A DNA stretch of 64,000 nucleotides from an uncultured Lachnospiraceae bacterium (GTDB lineage Bacteria > Bacillota > Clostridia > Oscillospirales > CAG-272). A program made the position numbers and the translations under genes. The first letter of the stretch is position 1, and each line of letters starts with the position of its first letter. Below, in pieces: positions 52,264 to 60,953 of this stretch. The notes under the pieces are model-generated. The model ran no database searches. It was not told where the DNA came from and saw only the letters and a program-made list of their open reading frames with translations. The stretch is taken from contig CAYXBY010000001.1 in the NCBI GenBank assembly GCA_964463325.1, positions 14,791-78,790 on the forward strand. Direction: 5' to 3'.

Positions 52264-53148
52264 TCAATTTTTTATGACCGGCTTGTCGAATTTTTCGCGC
52301 CGCTCGCTTGAGCATCGCATCATTTGACGCAGCTGTTCCCTGTCGCCGTCGACCAGCGCCTGCCGCATGCGCCCCAGCTCGAGCGAGAAGCGATCCATCT
52401 GCGCCAGCAGCGCGTCGCGGTTCCAGAGAAACAGCTCGCTCCACATCTCGTCGTTTATTTTGGCGATTCGGGTCAGGTCACGGAATGAATCTCCGGTGTA
52501 GGCCTCCAGCCCCGGCTGGTCGGTCGCGCACATGAGCGACACCGCGATGCAGTGCGTCAGCTGCGACAGGAACGCTATCATGCGGTCATGCTCCTCAACG
52601 CTCAGACGACTAATGCGGTGAAAGCCCAGCAGCACGCCCAGCTGCTCACACAGCGCTATCGCCTCGGGGGTGTTGCTCTCGGTCGGGACAACGATGTAGT
52701 TTGCACCCTGAAAAACGCTGTCGTCGCTGTGCTCAACGCCGCTCTTTTCCCTGCCCGCCATGGGATGCGCCGCGATAAATTCGACTCCCTGCGGCATCAG
52801 CTGCTGCACGCGGGCGGTTATGCTGCCCTTGACGCCGGTCACATCCGTCACCAGCGTCCCGGACGAAAAATACCCGCCGTAGTGCTCGACCCACTCTATC
52901 AGCGTGTGCGGGTAGAGCGCCAGCACCACAAGGTCAGCTGCCGCGACCACCTCGGGGTCGACCTCGGTGTAGCCCGCAGCAATAAAGCCGCCCTCGCGCG
53001 CGTACTCGATCGAGCTCTCGCCGCGCGTTATGGCCGTGACGGCAAAGCCCTGCCGCGTCAGTGCGCGGGCATAGCTGCCGCCTATCAGTCCAAGTCCAAC
53101 AATAAGAATATTCGCTTTATTATCAAGCTTTTTCAGCTTCAGTGACAT
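52264..53148 (-). CDS. tyrA: Prephenate dehydrogenase
   Basis: 294 aa with the Rossmann motif IVGLGLIGGS and the HPMAG active-site block. Confidence 0.9.
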   Translation of the reverse strand: MSLKLKKLDNKANILIVGLGLIGGSYARALTRQGFAVTAITRGESSIEYAREGGFIAAGYTEVDPEVVAAADLVVLALYPHTLIEWVEHYGGYFSSGTLVTDVTGVKGSITARVQQLMPQGVEFIAAHPMAGREKSGVEHSDDSVFQGANYIVVPTESNTPEAIALCEQLGVLLGFHRISRLSVEEHDRMIAFLSQLTHCIAVSLMCATDQPGLEAYTGDSFRDLTRIAKINDEMWSELFLWNRDALLAQMDRFSLELGRMRQALVDGDREQLRQMMRCSSERREKFDKPVIKN

Positions 53149-54363
53149 TCAATCCTCCCTCTGCACGTCGGCGCCCAGCGCCCTCAGCATGCTCCAGAAT
53201 TCCGGCAGGCTCTTGGCCACGCACTCTGCGCCCTCGATCGTCCCGCCGACGGCGCAGGCAACAACCGCCAGCGACATGGCAATGCGGTGATCGTTGTGAC
53301 TGCGCAGCACCCGACTCGGCGCGCGCACCCCGCCGTCCACATGTATCTCATTTTCGGCCACCTCGACGCGAGAACCGAAGGCTGCCAGCTCCTCGGCCAT
53401 GGCCGCGCCGCGGTCGCTCTCCTTAAAGCGCAGACGCGCCGTGTCGCGCAGCGTGACGCCGTCACACAGCGCCCCCGCCGCCATAAGAACGGGGCCGAGG
53501 TCGGGACAGTCGGCTATCGACAGCGTGCAGTGCCCACGCCCGATGCTGCCGAGGTACTCCCGCCAGACGCGATCGCCCTGACGGCCGTCGTCGCAAAGCC
53601 CAGGCATTGATATCTGGCCGCCGAGCAGCTCCAGCGCCCCAAAAAACGCCGCCGCAGACTGGTCGGTCGGCACCTCCAACGCCGAATTTGCCCGCCCGCA
53701 CTGGCTGCCGTGGATGATAAACGTCCCCGCCTGCGGCCGCTCGACGGCATAGCCAAGCTTGCGCAACGCATGCATCGTCAGCTCGATGTACGACGCGCTC
53801 TCCAGTGCCGTCGTCAGCGTAATGCGGCTGTCACCCGCCGCGTGCGGCAGTGCAAGCAGCAGCCCCGAGATAAACTGACTACTGATATTGCCCGGGATGT
53901 CAAAGCTGCCGGCGTCAAGCGGCCCGCAGACTGTGATGCTGCCCTCGCCGCGCTGCCACCTCAGCCCCGCGCCGCGGCAAATGTCCTCGTAAACCGACAG
54001 CGGGCGCTGCAGGAGCCGCCCCGCCCCGTAAAAGGTGACCGGGCGGTTGTCGAGCAATGCGAACGGCAGCAGCAGCCGCAGCGTGGTGCCGCTCTCGCCG
54101 CAATCAAGCACCGTCTCGCCCGACAGCGACTCCATCAGCGCGCCGCCGCGCACCTTAGCCGTCTCGCCGCGCTGCTCAATGTCGGCACCGAGGCGGCGCA
54201 GGCAGCGGAGCGTCGCGCGGACGTCGCAATTATCCGGCAGACCGTGAATGACGGTCTCACCGGGCGTGAATGCAGCGGCGATGAGGTAGCGATGCGCCAT
54301 GCTTTTGGAGGTCGGCAGGCGCACCTCGCCGCTCGGGACGCAGGGTGACACCGTCACCCTCAT
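53149..54363 (-). CDS. aroA: 3-phosphoshikimate 1-carboxyvinyltransferase (EPSP synthase)
   Basis: I placed the start at the ATG at 54363, which forms an ATGA overlap with the aroQ stop, giving 404 aa. It contains LPTSKSMAHR and a C-terminal NDHRIAMS. Confidence 0.92.
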   Translation of the reverse strand: MRVTVSPCVPSGEVRLPTSKSMAHRYLIAAAFTPGETVIHGLPDNCDVRATLRCLRRLGADIEQRGETAKVRGGALMESLSGETVLDCGESGTTLRLLLPFALLDNRPVTFYGAGRLLQRPLSVYEDICRGAGLRWQRGEGSITVCGPLDAGSFDIPGNISSQFISGLLLALPHAAGDSRITLTTALESASYIELTMHALRKLGYAVERPQAGTFIIHGSQCGRANSALEVPTDQSAAAFFGALELLGGQISMPGLCDDGRQGDRVWREYLGSIGRGHCTLSIADCPDLGPVLMAAGALCDGVTLRDTARLRFKESDRGAAMAEELAAFGSRVEVAENEIHVDGGVRAPSRVLRSHNDHRIAMSLAVVACAVGGTIEGAECVAKSLPEFWSMLRALGADVQRED

Positions 54364-54797
54364 GTGTTGCCTCCCTGCTCGCACAGCAGGTCAATGGCCT
54401 CGAGATAGCCGTCAAGCCCCCGCCCCGAAATGCAGGCTACGCAGGCCTCGCGGACATAGCTGACCTGTCTGAAGGCCTCACGCCGATCCACCTCGGAAAT
54501 GTGCACCTCGACAGTCGGTATACCGACTGCCTTAAGCGCGTCGAGCAGCGCGACCGAGGTGTGCGTGTAGGCCGCAGGGTTTATGACGATGCCGTCATAA
54601 ACACCGTATGCGTCCTGAATGGCATCCACCAGCGCGCCCTCGTGATTTGACTGATAAAGCGTCACCGAGACGCCGCGCTGTGCCGCATGCGCCTCGATCA
54701 TCTCGCACAGCGTCGCATAGCTCTGCCGACCGTAAATATCCGGCTCGCGAATACCTAACATATTTATATTGGGGCCATTTATGACCAAAATTTTCAT
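54360..54797 (-). CDS. aroQ: Type II 3-dehydroquinate dehydratase
   Basis: 145 aa starting MKILVINGPNINMLGIREP and containing SNHEG. Confidence 0.95.
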   Translation of the reverse strand: MKILVINGPNINMLGIREPDIYGRQSYATLCEMIEAHAAQRGVSVTLYQSNHEGALVDAIQDAYGVYDGIVINPAAYTHTSVALLDALKAVGIPTVEVHISEVDRREAFRQVSYVREACVACISGRGLDGYLEAIDLLCEQGGNT

Positions 54798-56077
54798 TAT
54801 TGTACCTCCTCCGCCTCATTTATCATGTTGAGCAGGCGTGCCGCCGTCTGCTCCGGGCTGCCCTCGACCGGCAGTGTGATGTCCGCCGCCGCGCGGTACA
54901 GCGGCAGCCGCTCGCGATATCGCGCCTCAAGCGCCGCACGATCGCAGGACAGCGGGCGATCAGGCGTCGGCTGGATGTCGGCCGGCCGACGATCGACAAA
55001 AACAACAAGTCCATTGCGCTTCAGTGCGCGAATGTTGTCGGGACGCAGCACGGCGCCGCCGCCCGTCGCAATAACGCAGCCGCTCTGCGACGAAAGCTCG
55101 GCGATCACGGCGCTCTCGGCTGCCCTGAAGGCGTCCTCACCGTGCGAGGTGATGTAGTCCCCCGCCGTGACACCGGTTCGCTCACAAAACAGACTGTCGC
55201 TGTCAAACAGGGGACGCTCCATCCGCTCGGCCAGCAGACGCCCCAGCGTGCTTTTGCCGCTGCCCGGCATGCCGACGAGCACTATGCTCTGCTTGCGCCG
55301 CAGCATTTGGCGATAGACACTGTCTGTTTTGCCGATAATGCTCTCATTGTCAAGAAACAGCGCCGCCGCCCACGCCGCCTGAGCCACCAGCATGTAGAGT
55401 CCGCCCGCCGCCGGCAGTCCGCGCTCCAGCGCACGGCAGATCAGCCGTGTGCGCAACGGGTGGTAGACGGCGTCGGCCACGCCACGCAGCGCCGGGAACT
55501 CCGCCGGGTCAACGGCCATGCCGTCCTCGTGTGGGAACATGCCCAGCGGCGTTGTATTGATCAGCACCTCGACCTCAGAGCGCTCGCGGCTCAGCGTCTC
55601 GTAGCTGATCTCGTCCTCGCCGCGTGGCGTGCGCGAGACGCGCACCACCCTTGCCGCACCCAGCGACTCGGCCACTGCCCGCGCCGTCCGCGACGTCCCG
55701 CCGGTGCCCAGTATCGCGACATAGCTGCCGCGCACAGGAATGGCGGTGCGCACGAGCAGCGCACGCATGCCGTAAAAATCAGTGTTATAGCCTATCAGAC
55801 GCCCGTCGCGACACAGCACGGTGTTGACCGCGCCGATTCGCGCCGCGGCATCGTCGATCTCGTCGAGATATGGCATGACGGTCTGCTTGTAGGGGATGGT
55901 GACGTTGATACCGCAGAAGCGCCGCGCCCTCAAAAATTCGCCCACGTCCCCCGGCTCCAGCTCACGCAGGCAGTAGCTGTAGTCGGCCAGCAGGGGGTGT
56001 ATCTCGGCCGAAAAGCTGTGCCCCAGATGCTCACCGATGCAGCCGTATTCCATTGGTGCCATTGAATTTTCGCTCAT
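54797..56077 (-). CDS. aroE/aroK: Bifunctional shikimate dehydrogenase / shikimate kinase (AroE-AroK fusion)
   Basis: 426 aa from the ATG at 56077. The N-terminal half carries AroE motifs (NVTIPYK, GAVNTV, GYNTD, GTGGTSR). The C-terminal half carries the AroK P-loop GMPGSGKST plus DSD. Confidence 0.88.
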   Translation of the reverse strand: MSENSMAPMEYGCIGEHLGHSFSAEIHPLLADYSYCLRELEPGDVGEFLRARRFCGINVTIPYKQTVMPYLDEIDDAAARIGAVNTVLCRDGRLIGYNTDFYGMRALLVRTAIPVRGSYVAILGTGGTSRTARAVAESLGAARVVRVSRTPRGEDEISYETLSRERSEVEVLINTTPLGMFPHEDGMAVDPAEFPALRGVADAVYHPLRTRLICRALERGLPAAGGLYMLVAQAAWAAALFLDNESIIGKTDSVYRQMLRRKQSIVLVGMPGSGKSTLGRLLAERMERPLFDSDSLFCERTGVTAGDYITSHGEDAFRAAESAVIAELSSQSGCVIATGGGAVLRPDNIRALKRNGLVVFVDRRPADIQPTPDRPLSCDRAALEARYRERLPLYRAAADITLPVEGSPEQTAARLLNMINEAEEVQ

Positions 56078-56087
56078 TTGTGCCACC

Positions 56088-57182
56088 TCACACCAGCGCA
56101 TCCGCACCACCGCGCATCAGCAGCAGATCGGCGACCGTCAACGCCGTCACGGCGTCGATGACCGGACAGGCTCGCGGCACGATGCAGGGGTCGTGCCGTC
56201 CCGCAATGCTCAGCTCGATATTCTCGCCGCGCACCATATCGACCGTGTGCTGCGGGCGCGAAATGGACGGCGTCGGCTTGATGGCGCAGCGGAAGACGAG
56301 CGGCATGCCGTTGGTTATCCCGCCGCCGATGCCGCCGGAACGATTGGTCGAGGTCAGAATATTTCCTTCATTAATGTAATAGGGGTCGTTTGCCACACTC
56401 CCGCGCAGGTCAGCCAGTGCAAAGCCGTCGCCAAATTCGACACCCTTTACGGCCGGGATGGAAAACAGCCCGTGCGACAGCAGGCTCTCGACCGTGTCAA
56501 ACCACGGCTCGCCCAGCCCGGCCTCAAGGCCGGTGACTACCGTCTCGGCAATGCCGCCGACGCTGTCGCCCTCGGCGCCCGCCGCCAGTATGGCCTCGCG
56601 CATGCGCTCCCACGCCACCCCCGAGAGCACCGGATGGGCGGCCTCGTGCAGCACCGCAAGCTCGTCCTCGGGGTGAAGCGCGTCAAACGAACGGTCATCC
56701 ACACCGGCGCAACGGCTGATATGGGTGCCTATCAGTATTCCCTGACGCCGCAGCGCCGAGGCGACTATCGCCCCCGCCGCCACCAGCGCCGCCGTCAACC
56801 GACCGCTGAAATGGCCGCCACCGCGGGCGTCCTCAAAGCCGTGATACTTGATGTGCGCAGGATAGTCGCAGTGGCCGGGGCGTGCGCGACCGGCTATAGC
56901 GGAATAGTCCCCGCTGTGCTGCGCGACGTTGGGTATCAGTATGCACAGCGGCGTCCCTGTTGTGTGACCGTCGTAAACGCCGCTCTCGATGACAAATTCA
57001 TCCGGCTCGCGACGTGCAGTCGCAGTCGCGTCCTGCGGCCGACGGCGGCTAAGCGCGTGCGATATCTCGGCCTCGTCAACCGGGATACCGGGCGTCAGTC
57101 CGTCCAGCACCGCCCCGACGGCACTGCCGTGGCTCTCGCCAAAAAGCGTCAGTGTCAGCATGCTTCCGTAAACATTTTTCAT
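56088..57182 (-). CDS. aroC: Chorismate synthase
   Basis: I placed the start at the ATG at 57182, which forms an ATGA overlap with the aroB stop, giving 364 aa. It contains LFGESHG and GRHDPC. Confidence 0.93.
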   Translation of the reverse strand: MKNVYGSMLTLTLFGESHGSAVGAVLDGLTPGIPVDEAEISHALSRRRPQDATATARREPDEFVIESGVYDGHTTGTPLCILIPNVAQHSGDYSAIAGRARPGHCDYPAHIKYHGFEDARGGGHFSGRLTAALVAAGAIVASALRRQGILIGTHISRCAGVDDRSFDALHPEDELAVLHEAAHPVLSGVAWERMREAILAAGAEGDSVGGIAETVVTGLEAGLGEPWFDTVESLLSHGLFSIPAVKGVEFGDGFALADLRGSVANDPYYINEGNILTSTNRSGGIGGGITNGMPLVFRCAIKPTPSISRPQHTVDMVRGENIELSIAGRHDPCIVPRACPVIDAVTALTVADLLLMRGGADALV

Positions 57183-58204
57183 GACAGTGCGATGACCTCC
57201 CCGCATTTCTCAATTATTTGATCGGCGCTCATGCGCTCAAAGCGGAAGCGCCCTATCTCGGGCAGCAGGACGGTCACTATGCCATCTCCTGCCGCCTTTT
57301 TGTCGTGCAGCATGACCTCGCGCAGCCGCTCGCGCTCACAGCGAAAGGCGGTTGGCAGGTCATAACGATGCAAAAGATGCGTCAGGCGACGCCGCACCTC
57401 GCCCTCGGTCAGCGCCAGCATGCCGAGACCGACGCACTCACCGTGCAGCAGCGGGAAAGCGTCGCCCGCGCTGAGGCTTTCAATGGCGTGACCCACCGTG
57501 TGTCCAAAATTCAGCACACGGCGCAGCCCGCCCTCGCGCTCGTCCTGCTCGACGACACCCATTTTGACGCGCAGCGCCGCCTCGATCAGCTCGACCGCAC
57601 TCATACGCCGCGTCAGATCCTCCAATCGTTCAAAGCTTTCGGGGTCAGACGTGGCGAACATTTTGATGATCTCGGCCATGCCACAGCCAAACTGCCGTCG
57701 ATCCAGCGTTTCGAGCACCTCGGGGTCGATCACCACCGCTCTCGGCTGGTAAAACGTCCCCCAGACATTTTTGTAGCCGTCGAGGTCGACCGCCACCTTG
57801 CCGCCGACCGATGAATCGACCTGCGCGAGCAGCGTTGTCGGCACGTTGTAAAAGTCGATACCGCGCATATACGTCGCCGCGGCGAAGCCGCCGAGATCGC
57901 CGATCACCCCGCCGCCGACCGCCACCAGACAATCGCCGCGGTCAAAGCTGGCCGCCAGCATGACACGAATGACCTCAAGCAGCCGCTCGGGGCATTTATT
58001 CTGCTCGCCCGGCTCGAGCGTCACAATGTGCGGCTCGGTGCACGCGCGTGCCACCGTCTCAGCGTACACACCCGGGACGCCCGAGTCTGTCAGTATCAGC
58101 ACGCGACGGTGCAGCCGCAGCAGCTCGCCGACGCGCCCCAGCGCCCCGCGTTCGACTGTTATAGGGTAGCTGCGCGCGCCTAAATTCATTGTTAATGTTG
58201 ACAT
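57179..58204 (-). CDS. aroB: 3-dehydroquinate synthase
   Basis: 341 aa with the GGGVIGDLGGF NAD site and metal-binding His residues (HTVGHAIE). Confidence 0.93.
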   Translation of the reverse strand: MSTLTMNLGARSYPITVERGALGRVGELLRLHRRVLILTDSGVPGVYAETVARACTEPHIVTLEPGEQNKCPERLLEVIRVMLAASFDRGDCLVAVGGGVIGDLGGFAAATYMRGIDFYNVPTTLLAQVDSSVGGKVAVDLDGYKNVWGTFYQPRAVVIDPEVLETLDRRQFGCGMAEIIKMFATSDPESFERLEDLTRRMSAVELIEAALRVKMGVVEQDEREGGLRRVLNFGHTVGHAIESLSAGDAFPLLHGECVGLGMLALTEGEVRRRLTHLLHRYDLPTAFRCERERLREVMLHDKKAAGDGIVTVLLPEIGRFRFERMSADQIIEKCGEVIALS

Positions 58205-59307
58205 TTTCTATCCTCCCGCCTATCGAGCAGCCGCTCACCGGCAAAGCTGCCCAGCACGCGCACGCTGCTGCATACGCCACTAAGCTCCGCCAGCATGCTC
58301 TGTCCCGCCTCAGTTGCGAGGCAGCCCTCGCCCTCAGCATAAAAATAATATTCCCAGTTTTCAACGCCTGTCGGGTGACTTTTGAGGCATTTGAGGTTGT
58401 AATCATGCCGGCTGATCACCGAAATGGCGTCGCCAAGCGAGCCGGGGTTGTTTTTGCAGCTGAAAAGCAGCACAAAGTGCCCGTCCGTCGGCTTTATCTC
58501 GCAGGGCGTGGGAGTGAAGACCGCAAAGCGCGTCGTGTTTGTCTTTTGCTCGTTAATATCGTTCTCCAGCACGCAAAGGCCGTACAGCTCGGCCGTCTCG
58601 CGCGCCGCGATGACCGCTACATCCCGTCGCTCGCCCTCCGCGACTGCTTTAGCCGCGACTGCGGTGTTGACAGCATCGGTCTGTATCCAGCCCTGCCTCT
58701 TGAGATAGGGGCGGCACTGCGCCAGCGCCTGCGGGTGACTGACCACCTCGCGTATCTCGCCTATCCCAACGCCCGGTTTGGCCAGCAGGCACTGCGAAAG
58801 CGGCAGGTCGTATATCCCGCTGATGGACAACGGACCGCGGTAGGACAGATCCATGACCTGCCCCACATCGCCGGCATAGCTGTTCTCGATGGGCAGCACG
58901 GCGCAGCTGCATTCCCCACTCTCGACTCGGCGGTAAGCCGTGACAAAGTCCGGGCAAGGCGCCACGCAGCAGTCACCGAATATGCGCAGGGCGGCCACGT
59001 GTGCAAATGCGCCCTCCACCCCGCTGTACGCCACGCTGACACCGCTGTTGAGCAGCCGCTGATAGCTCTTTGACTGCGTCATGAGCTCGCACAAAAAGCT
59101 TTTGTAATACGGACGGTAGGCCTGCGGCACAAGCGCAGAATTGCGCTCGAGCAGCTGTGCCTCACGCTCTCTATCCTCTATCGGGAGCCCGTGCTCCTCC
59201 TTATATGCTGCGATGACCGCCGCCGCCTGCATCCGCTCGGCGAAAAGCGCCGCCATTTCACGGTCGACGCGGTCTATGGTCTGCCGCGCCTGCTGCAATC
59301 CGTCCAT
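58192..59307 (-). CDS. pheA: Bifunctional chorismate mutase / prephenate dehydratase (P-protein)
   Basis: I placed the start at the ATG at 59307 (GAGGAG SD); the track begins at a GTG six codons upstream. The product is 371 aa with a CM domain, a PDT domain (TTRF) and a C-terminal ACT domain. Confidence 0.9.
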   Translation of the reverse strand: MDGLQQARQTIDRVDREMAALFAERMQAAAVIAAYKEEHGLPIEDREREAQLLERNSALVPQAYRPYYKSFLCELMTQSKSYQRLLNSGVSVAYSGVEGAFAHVAALRIFGDCCVAPCPDFVTAYRRVESGECSCAVLPIENSYAGDVGQVMDLSYRGPLSISGIYDLPLSQCLLAKPGVGIGEIREVVSHPQALAQCRPYLKRQGWIQTDAVNTAVAAKAVAEGERRDVAVIAARETAELYGLCVLENDINEQKTNTTRFAVFTPTPCEIKPTDGHFVLLFSCKNNPGSLGDAISVISRHDYNLKCLKSHPTGVENWEYYFYAEGEGCLATEAGQSMLAELSGVCSSVRVLGSFAGERLLDRREDRKCQH

Positions 59308-59322
59308 ATGTCTCCTCACTTT

Positions 59323-59370
59323 CACAAAATAAGACCCGCGAGAGCATCCTATGGGATCCCTGCGGGTCTT
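59323..59370 (-). terminator. Attenuator terminator in the pheA-aro operon leader
   Basis: On the minus strand, AAGACCCGC-AGGG-ATCC [CAUA] GGAT-CTCT-GCGGGTCTT forms about 17 bp with two bulges and is followed by ATTTTGTG. It ends 16 nt before the pheA ATG. Confidence 0.75.
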
Positions 59371-59435
59371 CTATTTCAAATATCCGATACGAATTCCGTG
59401 TCTCCACGGCAAAACACCATCAGAGACGCCTTCGA

Positions 59436-59504
59436 TCACGAACAGATAACAGAAGAACCGCTTTGATGGTAATAATAAAATCGGGAGATAATAACCTTCA
59501 TCAT
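59436..59504 (-). CDS. Candidate leader peptide MMKVIISRFYYYHQSGSSVICS (Phe-Tyr-Tyr-Tyr regulatory codons)
   Basis: I read this by hand on the minus strand; it is too short for the ORF track. It starts ATGATG, preceded by GAGG, and carries TTT TAT TAT TAC at 59480-59469 and a TGA at 59438-59436. It lies between a consensus promoter and the attenuator terminator. Confidence 0.6.
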   Translation of the reverse strand: MMKVIISRFYYYHQSGSSVICS

Positions 59505-59540
59505 GGCCTCTGCCCTGTCCTTTCTCAAAATTCTAGCGCT

Positions 59541-59569
59541 ATTATACCTCTTTTTCGACGTCTTGTCAA
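59541..59569 (-). promoter_or_regulatory. Consensus sigma-A promoter of the aromatic amino acid operon
   Basis: On the minus strand: TTGACA (59569-59564), exactly 17 nt, TATAAT (59546-59541). Confidence 0.75.
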
Positions 59570-59623
59570 GAGCCTATTTGTCTATTTTTGCGCACCGACG
59601 CGCGGCATTATGTGGTCCATATT

Positions 59624-59659
59624 CACAAAAGCCCCGACGAATATAGCATCCGTCGGAGC
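59624..59659 (-). terminator. Terminator of the 96-aa gene
   Basis: On the minus strand, a GCTCCGACG/CGTCGGGGC stem is followed by TTTTGTG. It lies 18 nt after the stop at 59677 and insulates the aro promoter. Confidence 0.7.
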
Positions 59660-59676
59660 TCATTTGATGTATCAGC

Positions 59677-59967
59677 TTATTTCAGCGCCATCTCCAGCCA
59701 TATCAGACCCATTGAGAAGGCATCCTGCAGGCCGGATTTTGAGCCCTGCTTGATGATCTTGGTCGGGTCGCTCGAGTCGATGACCTGGATGAGTATCTTA
59801 TCCGGCACCTTGTGTCCGTTTTCCTCTTTGTAAGACATTATCTCCATTATTAATATGCACTTTTCGGACATATCGCCGTAGCATATGGTGTTCCCCTCGC
59901 GAACCAGGGGCTTGCCTTTATATTCAAGATACTTGCCGCTGACCACGCGGCGTGCTTCTTCACTCAT
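59677..59967 (-). CDS. Hypothetical 96-aa cytoplasmic protein
   Basis: GGAGG lies 8 nt upstream of the ATG and the gene has its own terminator. I recognise no family. Confidence 0.6.
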   Translation of the reverse strand: MSEEARRVVSGKYLEYKGKPLVREGNTICYGDMSEKCILIMEIMSYKEENGHKVPDKILIQVIDSSDPTKIIKQGSKSGLQDAFSMGLIWLEMALK

Positions 59968-60073
59968 TTACAGTACCTCCACGATAATTATAGTAATATA
60001 GTATACCACATTTTTCGTTGAAAGTCAATGATTTTTTATAACTTAGTGAAAAAATTGCACTACCGCGAAATAT

Positions 60074-60682
60074 TTATATCGCCGGGCAGCATTTTTTGCG
60101 GTGACAACGGCCATGCAGCCCCCACGCCAGTGCAAAAACGGCAACAGAGACGTCAAGCGCTATCAACGCCGGCAGGGTGAACCAGACATTTCCGATCATC
60201 AGCACGGCGCCGCTCCCGCCGGCCGGGATGTGCAGACAATAGCAGAGCGCGAGCCCCAGCTCCATAATGACAATATCATATATAACCCTAAGCACCCAAT
60301 GTACACGTCTCGAGGCCAAGACCGGGCCCCGTGCCGCGCTCATGAGCAGCATGGTGGCTATCAAAATACAGGTAGAATCGCCCCAGCGCATGAAAGCAAG
60401 CTGACTGAGCACATCCGCCCGCGTCGCATAGACAACAATGATCACATAGTTGGCCGCCAACACGGCCAATACCGATATAAGGCTGCGACGGTACATTGCC
60501 GTAGGGCTTCGTTGCTCATCGTCCCCAAAAAGCGAGCTGAGCAATATCGGAAGGCCGCACACGAGTATCGGTACGACCATAAAGGCCCGCGCCTCGAGCA
60601 GCGGGTAGGCCACCGCAGCGACCATGCCGCCGATGATCGCGGTGACAATAACGGTATTATACCATTTAACTATTGTTTTCAT
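60074..60682 (-). CDS. Hypothetical polytopic membrane protein with a Cys-rich C-terminus
   Basis: 202 aa with about 6 hydrophobic segments, ending HGRCHRKKCCPAI. A GGAGGAA SD lies 8 nt upstream. Confidence 0.6.
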   Translation of the reverse strand: MKTIVKWYNTVIVTAIIGGMVAAVAYPLLEARAFMVVPILVCGLPILLSSLFGDDEQRSPTAMYRRSLISVLAVLAANYVIIVVYATRADVLSQLAFMRWGDSTCILIATMLLMSAARGPVLASRRVHWVLRVIYDIVIMELGLALCYCLHIPAGGSGAVLMIGNVWFTLPALIALDVSVAVFALAWGLHGRCHRKKCCPAI

Positions 60683-60894
60683 AATATATATTCCTCCTTG
60701 GCAGGTAAAATATCAGTCACGAGCTCAAAAAGCGTGCCAAAGCACCCCCGGCTCATGCACGCATAGGCCCCCTCCTCTCGGTCACAATAAATATTTCCAA
60801 TTATATTATACATCCCCCCCTAAAATGTCAAGCGCTTTTTGCAAGCAGACCACCGCGCGGCTGCCGCAAAAAACAAAAAATTCATAAATCGGTC

Positions 60895-60923
60895 TTGTAA
60901 ACTTCACGCAGAGGTGATATACT
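60895..60923 (+). promoter_or_regulatory. Putative promoter of the rluA-family gene
   Basis: TTGTAA (60895-60900), 17-nt spacer ending in TGA, TATACT (60918-60923). The predicted TSS lies at or after the first ATG (60927), which favours the ATG at 60954 as the start. Confidence 0.5.
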
Positions 60924-60953
60924 AATATGAAGAAATTTTTTGGGAGGGCGACT

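Noticed and set aside
59323-59540. I considered whether the leader of the aromatic amino acid operon is a T-box riboswitch, which is the usual Firmicute mechanism.
   Set aside because: I could not find the T-box sequence (AANNNGGGTGGTACCGCG-like) overlapping the terminator 5' arm, an AGAGA/GNUGNNA stem I platform, or a specifier loop. By contrast, a translatable ORF with FYYY and a ribosome-position-dependent antiterminator fits well. A covariance-model scan is still needed.
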